Shown: positions 1 through 10,929 of the stretch, piece after piece
How the letters are laid out: every line of letters begins with the position of its first letter
Numbering within the stretch: position 1 is the stretch's first letter
Source of the DNA: Eledone cirrhosa
Taxonomy: Eukaryota
Length of the DNA: 64,000 nucleotides
Direction of reading: 5' to 3'
Assembly: GCA_964016885.1 (NCBI GenBank)
Contig: OZ024747.1
Location: 24,552,001-24,616,000, forward strand
The notes under the pieces: model-generated
The model's input: only the letters and a program-made list of their open reading frames with translations
The model's database searches: none
Told to the model about the DNA's origin: nothing
Made by a program: the position numbers and the translations under genes

Positions 1-249
1 CACCGTGTATATGATACAACAGTCCACACTGTAAGGTGGTCATGTAGGAGACACGTTAAAAAGGCTCCCAGTCCACACTGTAAATGTGGTTGGTGTTAGG
101 AAGGGCATCCAGCTGGAAAAAACCTGCCAGAGACACTTCCATACGAGCGAGACGCGGTCTCCTGACCATTCCCGCATTAATTGGAACAAAACTGTCCAAC
201 CCATGCTAGCGTGGAAGATGGATGTTAAACGATGATGATGATGATGATG
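1..249 (+). mobile_element. 3' end fragment of RTE-type retroelement/SINE with (GAT)n tail
   Basis: ggaagggcatccagc...ccatgctagcgtggaagatggatgttaaac(gat)n matches the 3' end of the RTE copies at 20130 and 40390. Confidence 0.8.
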
Positions 250-318
250 ATATATATATATATGTATGTATCTGTACCCATGTAGAGATATATATACTTT
301 TTCGTTTAATACTTTTTC

Positions 319-497
319 GTTTCTACTTTAGGCACAAGGCCAGCGATTACCCAGTGCATTACTGGTACTTTATTTTATCGCCCCTGTAAGGATGAAAGGC
401 AAAGTCAACCTCGGCGGGATTTGAACTCAGATCGTAAAGGGACGTAACTATGCTGGAAAGCATGGCGTCCGACCCTCTACCGATACTGCCAATCCAC
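319..497 (-). mobile_element. tRNA-derived SINE, family A
   Basis: Minus strand: A-box-like tggcagtatcgg, B-box gagttcaaatcc, core gccgaggttgactttgcctttcatcc...gataaaataaagtaccag; many copies in window. Confidence 0.85.
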
Positions 498-986
498 TAT
501 AATACACTCCCTTATGGTAGAGGAAAAATTTGGCCAAATCAAACTACTTTCTGGTAGCACATAGCCTGCCATTGTCCACTTCTACTACTCTCCTGTTGAT
601 CACTTGTCACATGACAGTTATTTCATTCGAAATTTTCACTGACAGGGAATTCTTGTGAATTTTATTTCTGGACCGAGAAGTCTCCTGATGATTTAGGATT
701 TCTCGCGATGCTCTACAAAGAATGTCGTTATTTTCCCAATGAAACTGCAGTAGGGACATTAAAGAGAGTAAGTAAATATTTTTTTCTTAACTTATTTGCT
801 TTTCCCATATTTGATTTTATTAGGCTCTGAATCTGTTAATTTGATGAACTCTTTCATAGAATCAAACTCAGTATAAGTTGGACATTCTGTATGTATGTAT
901 CTAGACTTGTATCTATACCCATGTAGAGATATATATACTTTCTCGTTTAATATATATATATACATATATGTGTATATATATATATA

Positions 987-1197
987 TGGGGAAAACGAGA
1001 GTATTAAGCCCCAGGAGGCATTAAGCTCCTCCACACTACAAATGCATCAGCTAAGTATAAATATAATGCCAAGAACCAATCAGAATGTTTTTCTTGAAAA
1101 GGAAGTTATATGAAGGCCAATAAATTGAAGCATTACAAAATTTGTAGTGCAGTGGGACTTAATGCTCCCTTGGGGCTTAATACACCTGTTTGCCCCA
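987..1197. mobile_element. MITE (~210 bp) in a TA run
   Basis: ~55-bp imperfect terminal inverted repeats ggggaaaacgagagtattaagcccc...cactacaaa / tttgtagtg...ggggcttaatacacctgtttgcccc, flanked by (TA)n. Confidence 0.7.
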
Positions 1198-1361
1198 TAT
1201 ATATATATAGTCTAGTCTGGTAGTTATTCTTTTAATCTATTTTTTTGTTGACCTGCTAAAGTAAACGTATACACACACTCCTATACATACACAAACATAT
1301 CCATTTAGTATTGATGGTTGCAAGAATATTCGATGCCATACTAAAGATTAATATTTTACCC

Positions 1362-1769
1362 ATCTAAACCCATGCTAGCGTGGAAGATAGACGTTAAACG
1401 ATAATGATGATGATGATGATGATGTACACACACACATTATATATATATATATCATCATCATCATCATCATTGTTTAACGTCTATCTTCCACGCTAGCATG
1501 GGTTAGACAGGAATTCTCCCACTTGAGGCAAGATTGATTGGGTGACCATGTCTCGCTCGTATAGGACTGTCTAGCAGGTTTTCTACAGCTGGATGCTCTT
1601 CCTAACACCAACCACATTTACAGTGTGGACTGGGAGCTTTTTACTGTGTTACCTACATGACCACATTACAGCGTGGACTGTGTGTTTTTTTCTTGTGACA
1701 CGTACACAACCTCATTAGTTTGGACTGGATATTGTGGTACCAACATAACTTTACAGAGAAAGGGTGGTG

Positions 1770-1770
<1 letters not shown>
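1362..1770. mobile_element. Two RTE-tail fragments arranged tail-to-tail (1362-1423 plus, 1452-1770 minus)
   Basis: aacccatgctagcgtggaagatagacgttaaac(gat)n followed by its reverse complement. Confidence 0.75.
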
Positions 1771-1812
<42 letters not shown>

Positions 1813-2138
1813 TACACATCATCATCATTGTTTGATATAGTTTCTATAGCTGGTGCCCTTCCTATTGCCAATCACCTTAAAGAGTGTACTGGAGGCATTT
1901 TATTATAGTATCAGCACTACCACATTATAGAGAGTCATCATCATCATCATATGTGCAATTTATTGACACCAACACTGTGGGTGTGTGTGAGTGTATGTTT
2001 GTAGCAAGGATGCACTGATAAGCAAATTGGCCGATTACCAATTAATCGGTCTTGCCTTATCGGCTAATACTGATTAATCACCCACTGATTATCTATAATA
2101 TAATTATCTATTTTGACATGAAAATATGTATTATTATT

Positions 2139-2440
2139 GCGGTGGATTGGCAGTATTGGGAGAGGGTCGGACGCCATGCTTTGACGTTCTGCCATTCTGA
2201 GTTCAAATCCCGCCGAGGTTAACTTTGCCTATCATCCTTACGGGGTCGATAAAATAAAGTACCAGTAATGCACTGGGTAATTGCTGGCCTTGTGCCTAAC
2301 GTAGAAACAATTATTAATTGTGAGTTCAAATCTCGCCGAGGGTAACTTTGCCTTTCATCCTTACAAGGTCGATAAAATAAAGTACCAGTAATGCACTGGG
2401 ATAATTGCTGGTCTTGTGTCAAAAGTAGAAACAATTATTA
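2139..2440 (+). mobile_element. Two tandem family A SINEs (second is 5' truncated)
   Basis: Repeated gagttcaaatc..gccgagg..taactttgcc...gtagaaacaattatt. Confidence 0.85.
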
Positions 2441-3009
2441 ATTGTGAGTAATATATTATAATATTTCAGTTATGGAGCTCCTCTCCTATTTGATGACAAA
2501 ATTAGGGTGATTTTACTGCAGGAGATAATATCCACAAGCCTGTCTGAAATTGGCTGCGCTTAGGAAAAGGAGAAATTGATATCTTTATACTATAATTTAC
2601 AAGAGGAGATTTGGTATTTAAATTTTAACTTTTTGTTTAAGTAAATTAAGATAACAGGAATAATTATTACTGGAAATTTTTGAATACCTTTTAATTAACA
2701 TGTAATTGGAATCTTTATAATTTTTTAATTACTTCCTATTTAAATGATCATTTAAAACCAAATCTCCTCTTATCTCAGGTAGGTAAGAGGGTCTATCTTC
2801 TACATTGATTTTTAAACACATCTCAGATGGGTAGGAGGGTCTCTCTTTTACTTTGGTACCCTTTAACCTTACATTGGTAGTTTCAGATTGTGTGTCCAAG
2901 AAAATAATGTATTTCTTATGTATTTCTACATGTTTGATTCAATGTGTTTTCTGAATTTCTCTGTCTCCTACAGTTTTCTTGCTCCGAAACAGATTTTAAA
3001 TAATGCATG

Positions 3010-3331
3010 GACAAGTTGAGAGTGAAACTGTGTATAAGAGGTATAAACTGTAGTGTGAAGAAGAAAAGACTGCTTTGGTATGGCCATGTAAAGCGCATGG
3101 AATATGACCACTGGGTGAAGAAGTGCCAAGAAATCTTGGTGGAAGGAAGGTGCAGTAGGGGAAGACCACGTTAAACATAGGCGGAGGTGGTGAGAGCTGA
3201 CCTCAGATCACTGAAGCTCAGAGAGGATATGATGAAGGACCTTGACGAATGAAGAGATGATGTGCTGAAGAGGACCCGTCCCACCCTTGCAAGCAAGGAA
3301 AAGTGGACATAAAATGATGATGATGATGATG
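3010..3331 (+). mobile_element. RTE LINE 3' fragment
   Basis: Encodes RLLWYGHVKRMEYDHWVKKC..GRGRPR-like C-terminus; ends cccgtcccacccttgcaagcaaggaaaagtggacataaaat(gat)n. Confidence 0.8.
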
Positions 3332-3450
3332 TCTATATAATATTATCTTTATGAGTTCGCTCAGAATTACTTTTTTTTTTTCGCAACAAGTTTTCATTGA
3401 GCAACAAGATCTATATCATTACGTATAAACCTAAATTATTATTGTATATA

Positions 3451-3687
3451 TCATCATCATCGATTAGCTTCCATCTCCCATGCTAGCATGGGTTAGACGG
3501 GCCTGTCCCACTTGAGGCAAGATTGGTTGGGTGACCGTATCTCACCCGTATAGAACTGTTTCTGGTGGGTTTTCTATAGCTGGATGCCCTTCCTAACGCC
3601 AACCACATATACAGTGTGGACTGGGAGCCTTTTTACCGTGTCTCCTACACGACCATTTTACAGCGTGGACTGGATGTTCTGTGATAC

Positions 3688-3692
<5 letters not shown>
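3451..3692 (-). mobile_element. RTE-tail fragment
   Basis: Same catgctagcatgggttagac...gctggatgcccttcctaacgccaacc segment as 20130-20420. Confidence 0.75.
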
Positions 3693-3732
<40 letters not shown>

Positions 3733-4154
3733 CATGCAGACATATGATGATGATTACACACACAGATATATACACACACAGATATATACACACACATACA
3801 TTTTACAATGATTACACAGTGAGACATCAATTATTTTCTCTAAGATGTGATTATTAAAACAGAAAATAAGATTAAATATCATTTCTAACATACAGACACA
3901 GACATACACACACACATACACACACATACATACACACATACATATATTGTAGCACGAACATACACACATACACAGATATATTATAACACTACTTATATAG
4001 TATCTAACAGTTTTTATGAGCACACATACACACACACACACACACACATAAACGGACATACACACATAAACGGACATACACACATACACACACACATACA
4101 CACAGATAAATGCACAGACACACACACATACAGAGAGAAACATACATAGATTCT

Positions 4155-4452
4155 GTGAGTGGTAGTTGCAGAGGGAAATTCAACAGTTAAAGTACGAGTG
4201 AAATAGATTCTTTCCAATCCAAAGAAGGTTCCATAGAAGTAGTTGATAGATTCTGTTTCCTAAGTGACCGAATTAGTACAATGAGGTTGCTGTGAAAGCA
4301 TTGTAACCAGAATAAGAACAGTGTGGTAAAATTTCAGGAAGCTACTACCTCTGCTGATGACAAAGCAATTCTCTCTCTGAGAGAAGGTTAGATTATATGA
4401 TGCCATGTACAAAATTTGATGTTATATAGTAGTGAAACATAGGCATTGAATA
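4155..4452 (+). pseudogene. Decayed RTE reverse transcriptase fragment
   Basis: GSIEVVDRFCFL, RIRTVW, FRKLLPLL, RLYDA and SSET motifs with stops, homologous to ORF 40778-41290. Confidence 0.7.
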
Positions 4453-4524
4453 CTATATATATACATATATATATAAAATAAAGTTAAATAAAAGTCAAAT
4501 GATTAAAATTTAGCTTCGTTTATT

Positions 4525-4579
4525 ACTGCTATATATATTTCAGTGACAGCCATCTTTGGCTGTGACCTCTTCAGGCAGT
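4525..4579 (-). ncRNA. Type I hammerhead ribozyme motif (canonical core) in a Penelope pseudo-LTR-like repeat
   Basis: Minus strand: actgc CTGAAGA ggtcacagcca-aaga-tggctgtcact GAAA tatata TA gcagt; stem I actgc/gcagt, palindromic stem III. Confidence 0.8.
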
Positions 4580-4746
4580 TTGAATTAGTATGGTATAGAC
4601 AAGTACATATGTTGTTTAGGTGTATGATATTGTCATTACTCTGATATGCCCAGTTCCTTGTTGGGTTGTTAATTGACTGGGGAACTGTCGAGTGCTCCAG
4701 CCTGCATACTGAGGTGTTGGTATACAACCAACATAAACTCAAAATC

Positions 4747-4781
<35 letters not shown>

Positions 4782-5157
4782 TCATCGATTAATGTCTATA
4801 TTCCACGCTAACATGGGTTAGAGGGGTTTGGCCCATTTAGAGGCTGGGTGCTTTTGCCGTGTCTTTTACATATGTCCACTTTACAGTATATATATATATA
4901 TATAAATCAAGATGGATTCAGCTTGAAAATGGTTAGACCATTACTCAACAGAGTTCTTGATACTTGGGGTAGTAGAGTTTAGTTATGTTATAAAAAGTTG
5001 GGAACCTAACAGCTGAGCTCAGCCATTGGGGTCCTGACTCTTTACTGAGGAAGGTACCGATATCAGCACTCTATGCTATAGCAGAGTGTATATATTGAGA
5101 ACAAAATAAGGTTTCTTTTATTGATCAGGTTCAGTTATGAACATTTCACATATGGGT

Positions 5158-5567
5158 GTATCCAGCCAGAATTCTCTCACCTCTTTCTGATCAAACCAGC
5201 CATAACTGGCTGCTCATATTTATGTTAAGGTATTGTTCTCAATATAAATAATATCAAAATCTCATAGATTCGATATAATTGTTTCTACTTTTGGCACAAG
5301 GCCAGCAATTACCCAGTGCATTACTGGTACTTTATTTTATCAACCCCATAAGGATGAAAGGCAAAGTTAACCTCGGCGGGATTTGAACTCAGAATGGCAA
5401 GGGCCGTAACTCTATACGTCAAAGGATGGCGTCTGACCCTCTACCGATACTGCCAATCCACCGCCTCTCATAGATTCGATATAATATGAGATAATTATGT
5501 AAGATAAAGTGTTTACGGTGAAAATACAATAGTAAATACGGAGTAATGTAAATGCTAAAGGGTCAAT
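5158..5567 (-). mobile_element. piggyBac-like MITE copy interrupted by a SINE
   Basis: Reverse-complement homology to 52905-53121; terminal aaatgctaaagggtcaa. Confidence 0.6.
5280..5465 (-). mobile_element. Full-length family A SINE with 20-bp TSD
   Basis: TSD tctcatagattcgatataat at 5260-5279 and 5466-5485. Confidence 0.9.
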
Positions 5568-5861
5568 GCTATAGACACGATACTAGTCCTAACTACTCAC
5601 CAGACTTGTTAATCAAGCAAAACCAAAATCCTGTTAAACATTCGTAACTGAAGGTGATCAATAAAAATCTCAATGTGAAACCTTGTTTTGTTCTTTAAGG
5701 CCATTTAAATATAACTTATTCATTATGTGACTAATGTTTTTTTATTTAACACCTTACATTGTATTTGTTTCTATATGTATATATATATGTATTAAAGCCT
5801 GGTTAGTTTCTCAACTGATATATTTCTATATATCATTTAAAATGTTATATATATATATAAT

Positions 5862-5921
5862 TTTCATTCTGACGAGCGAAGTTAGACTCGTCTGTCTTCG
5901 TGAAACCTTTGGTAAATGAGA
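5862..5921 (+). ncRNA. Type I hammerhead ribozyme (fully canonical)
   Basis: tttcatt CTGACGA gcgaag...cttcgt GAAA cc-ttt-gg TA aatgaga; stems I, II and III all pair; predicted GUA cleavage after 5914. Confidence 0.85.
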
Positions 5922-6006
5922 TAATTATCTTATGTTGTTTATTACATAACTAAAAAGCTCTGTAGTTTACATAGAACACTCTCTTTTCCTTTACGTTTGG
6001 AAACAC

Positions 6007-6070
<64 letters not shown>

Positions 6071-6152
6071 TATCCAAGATGTATAACAGATTTGACTCTA
6101 CAAGTATTGAATTACCTTGTACTTTAAATAAATGTTTGTTTTTGTTTACAGG

Positions 6153-6462
6153 TGAAGGCATGTGGCTTAGTGGTTAGAGTGTTGAGCTCGCAATCATGAG
6201 ATTATGAGTTTGATTCTCAGATTGGGTCATGCGTTGTGACCTTGAGCAAGTCACTTTATTTCACATTGCTTTCAGTTCATTCAGCTGGACAAAATGAGTT
6301 GCAACATCACTGGTAAGATGGGGGGTCTGTGGTTTGCCTTGCGAGACAAACTACAAACCCTCCATCTCAATTCTACTTTTGAAAAGCATAAGAACTATGA
6401 AAGCGGTAAAGGAAATAAATATTCTTAAAAAGACTCCAGTTACATTTTCAATTTCTTTTCCT

Positions 6463-6465
<3 letters not shown>
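6153..6465 (+). mobile_element. tRNA-headed SINE (family B head) joined to a 3' segment also present at 11953-12092
   Basis: tggcttagtggttagag A-box, gagtttgattc B-box, ccttgagcaagtcactt core. Confidence 0.7.
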
Positions 6466-6514
<49 letters not shown>

Positions 6515-6558
6515 TATATATATATCAAAAATTAGGAAAATCTGCTTCGTAGAATCAA

Positions 6559-6653
6559 GACGTATCCGACGACCGAGTGATGTCAGAGTCAGGTTTGATC
6601 ACCATATCGATTGTGCCTCGAGCTGGTCGCCCGAGAAACAATTGTAATATGTC
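6559..6653 (+). ncRNA. Hammerhead-like motif with extended stem II
   Basis: gacgtat CCGACGA [62-nt imperfect hairpin] GAAA caattg TA atatgtc; 7-bp stem I; core has U4C. Confidence 0.6.
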
Positions 6654-7138
6654 CAATAAATTCCTTTCGTCGCAACACTGATTCTCTTTTTTCTGTGATA
6701 TCATACTCTGCTCTACGATGGCATTGAGTGCTCATGCAGCCTACCGCATACGGACGCTTTAAGATAGATAACACCATCTTTGGTGCTGGTGTTATGATGG
6801 AATGCACTAGATGCACCCTGTTGAGTGCAGGAATGTTATGTTAGTAAGATGTGACACCTTGATCTGTCTGAGAGGTCAGTAGCTCTGATTAAATACTGTG
6901 ACAAACCATCTAATTCCATCAAGGAAAACAGATGTTAATGATGATGATGATGATTATATACATATGTGTGTGTGTGTGTGTGTGTCATGTGCATATGTGA
7001 GCATAATTATGTAATGTTTGTATGGGTGTGTATATACATAAGTCAATTACAAACAGTTAAATATCGGGGGGGGGGGGGGCTAGCTGAACAATAACAACAA
7101 TATTTGCATGTAAGTGTGTATATGTGTGTGTGTATATA

Positions 7139-7185
<47 letters not shown>

Positions 7186-7324
7186 TTGTGAGGTGTGTGT
7201 ATATATATATATATCAGTATGTAAGTATGTGATGTCACATGTCCTAAAGTGGTGTGGAGGGGAGAGTTGTTTTATCTCTAATGAGCAATTCTTTACTTCC
7301 ACCACTCTTTCTCTCTCTTTTCCT

Positions 7325-9455
7325 GTAGTAGTAGTAGTAGTAGTAGTAGTAGCACCACAACCACCACTACTACTGCCACTACCTCTACTGCTACCACCAC
7401 TACTACTGTCACTACCTCTACTGTCACCACCACTACTACTGCCACCACCACCACTACTACTGCCACTACCTCTACTGTCACCACCACTACTACTGCCACC
7501 ACCACCACTACTACTGCCACTACCTCTACTGTCACCACCACTACTACTGCCACCACCACTACTACTGCCACTACCTCTACTGTCACCACCACTACTACTG
7601 CCACCACCACTACTACTGCCACTACCTCTACTGTCACCACCACTACTACTGCCACTACCTCTACTGTCACCACCACTACTACTGCCACTACCACTACTAC
7701 TGCCACCACCACTACTACTGCCACCACCACTACTACTGCCACTACCTCTACTGTCACCACCACTACTACTGCCACCACCACTACTACTGCCACTACCTCT
7801 ACTGTCACCACCACTACTACTGCCACTACCACTACTACTGTCACCACCACTACTACTGCCACTACCACTACTACTGCCACCACCACTACTACTGCCACTA
7901 CCACTACTACTGCCACCACCACCACTACTACTGCCACTACCTCTACTGTCACCACCACTACTACTGCCACCACCACCACTACTGCCACTACCACTACTAC
8001 TGTCACCACCACTACTACTGCCACTACCACTACTACTGCCACCACCACTACTACTGCCACTACCACTACTACTGCCACCACCACTACTACTGCCACTACC
8101 ACTACTACTGCCACCACCACTACTACTGCCACTACCTCTACTGTCACCACCACTACTACTGCCACTACCACTACTACTGCCACCACCACTACTACTGCCA
8201 CTACCTCTACTGTCACCACCACTACTACTGCCACCACCACTACTACTGCCACCACCACCACTACTACTGCCACTACCTCTACTGTCACCACCACTACTAC
8301 TGCCACCACCACCACTACTGCCACTACCACTACTACTGTCACCACCACTACTACTGCCACTACCACTACTACTGCCACCACCACTACTACTGCCACTACC
8401 ACTACTACTGCCACCACCACTACTACTGCCACTGCCACTACTACTGCCACCACCACTACTACTGCCACTACCTCTACTGTCACCACCACTACTACTGCCA
8501 CTACCTCTACTGTCACCACCACTACTACTGCCACTACCTCTACTGCCACCACCACTACTACTGCCACTACCACTACTACTGCCACCACCACTACTACTGC
8601 CACTACCTCTACTGCCACCACCACTACTACTGCCACTACCACTACTACTGCCACCACCACTACTACTGCCACTACCTCTACTGTCACCACCACTACTACT
8701 GCCACCACCACTACTACTGCCACTACCTCTACTGCCACCACCACTACTACTGCCACTACCACTACTACTGCCACCACCACTACTACTGCCACTACCACTA
8801 CTACTGCCACCACCACTACTACTGCCACTACCTCTACTGTCACCACCACTACTACTGCCACCACCACTACTACTGCCACCACCACCACTACTACTGCCAC
8901 TACCTCTACTGTCACCACCACTACTACTGCCACCACCACCACTACTGCCACTACCACTACTACTGTCACCACCACTACTACTGCCACTACCACTACTACT
9001 GCCACCACCACTACTACTGCCACTACCACTACTACTGCCACCACCACTACTACTGCCACTGCCACTACTACTGCCACCACCACTACTACTGCCACTACCT
9101 CTACTGTCACCACCACTACTACTGCCACTACCTCTACTGTCACCACCACTACTACTGCCACTACCTCTACTGCCACCACCACTACTACTGCCACTACCAC
9201 TACTACTGCCACCACCACTACTACTGCCACTACCTCTACTGTCACCACCACTACTACTGCCACTACCTCTACTGCCACCACCACTACTACTGCCACTACC
9301 ACTACTACTGCCACCACCACTACTACTGCCACCACCACTACTACTGCCACTACCACTACTACTGCCACTACCACTACTACTGCCACCACCACTACTACTG
9401 CCACCACCACTACTACTGCCACCACCACTACTACTGCCACTACCACTACTACTAA
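7325..9455. repeat. 2.1-kb compound trinucleotide (CCA/CTA/CTG) minisatellite with 15-21-bp units; reads as Gly/Ser-rich on minus strand
   Basis: Units such as ccaccactactactgcca; all length variants are multiples of 3. Confidence 0.9.
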
Positions 9456-9835
9456 CTACATCAACTGAATAACAAACTAAAGTGCAGTCTCTGGTCAGTT
9501 TTGTTTTGTCTTTTTTAAGAGTTCCTCCTCCTCCTCCCATTAAGTCATTGTTGATTTGGAGTGGTGACCCCCTCCCCTCCCACTACCACCACTTCCTCTT
9601 TGTCTCTATGTCTACAGTTCAGTTCTAAAAGTCTTCTCAGTCATCCATCTGACCTATATACACACACACACATACACACACACACATACACACATACACA
9701 TATTTATATATATATATATCGTTCAATATATAAATCATGAATACACACACACATATATATATATATATATATCATCATCATCACCATCATCGTTTTACGT
9801 CCGTTCTTCCACGCTAGCATGGGTTAGACATACAT

Positions 9836-10440
9836 TGGATTGGCAGTATTGGTAGAGGGTCGGACGCCATGCTTTGACGTATAGAGTTACGGCCCTTGCC
9901 ATTCCGAGTTCAAATCCTGCCAAGGTTAACTTTGCCTTTCATCCTTACGGGGTCGATAAAATAAAGTACCAGTAATGCACTGGGGTAATTGCTGGCCTTG
10001 TGTCTAACGTAGAAACAATTATTATTATTAGATTTATTATTATTATTAAAATAAAGAAATCATTATTATTATTATTATTGGTGGGAGAGTCGAACACCAT
10101 GCTTTGAAGCATAGAGTTACGTCCCTTTATGACCTGAGTTCAAATCCCGCCGAGGTTAACTTTGCCTTTCATCCTTACGGGGCCGATAAAATAAAGTACC
10201 AGTAATGAACTGGGTAATTGCTGGCCTCGTGCCAAAAATAGAAACAATTATTATTATTATTATTAGATAAGAGTTACGGCCCTTGACGTTCTGAGTTCAA
10301 ATCCCGCTGAGGTTAACTTTGCCTTTCATCCTTACGGGGTCGATAAAATGAAGTACCAGTAATACACTGGGGTCGATTTAATCGACTTTCTCCTCCCCGA
10401 AAATTGCTGGCCTTGTGCCTATATAAGAAACCATTATTAT
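9836..10440 (+). mobile_element. Cluster of three head-to-tail family A SINEs separated by (ATT)n
   Basis: Copies at about 9836-10030, 10079-10265 and 10271-10440. Confidence 0.85.
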
Positions 10441-10556
10441 ATAGCATTCAATATATAAATCATGAACACACACACACACTCATATATATGTTTATGGGTT
10501 TCAATCAGGGGTAACCACAGTAAGGTACTCAATACAAAGCAGAGTATAAATATTTA

Positions 10557-10641
10557 ATATAGAAATGGCTTCTACAGGACTAGAACTGTTTCATTCGGAA
10601 GAAATCATCAGAAAACCTTTCTGTAGAAGCCATTTCTATAT
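10557..10641 (-). other. 21-bp perfect inverted repeat enclosing an atypical hammerhead-like core
   Basis: atatagaaatggcttctacag / ctgtagaagccatttctatat; inside on minus strand CTGATGA tttc-ttcc-gaat GAAA cagttc TA. Confidence 0.5.
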
Positions 10642-10746
10642 ATATATATATCTTAACTATAATAAAGGAAGGTCTGCGGGATTGCGTCCAGAATATATTT
10701 TTTCACTCCGTTTGTAAAATAAGTTGGCTTACTTTGAATAAATAAT

Positions 10747-10929
10747 TGTTTCTACTTTTGGCACAAGGCCAGCAATAACCCAGTGTATTACTGGTACTTT
10801 ATTTTATCAACCCCGTAAGGATGAAAGGCTAAGTTAACCTTGGCAGGATTTGCACTCAGAATGGCAAGGGCCGTAACTATGCGTCAAAGCATGGCGTCCG
10901 ACCCTCTACCAATACTGCCAACCCACCGC
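10747..10929 (-). mobile_element. Family A SINE with 18-bp TSD and inverted flank duplication
   Basis: ttactttgaataaataat at 10729-10746 and 10955-10972. Confidence 0.85.
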
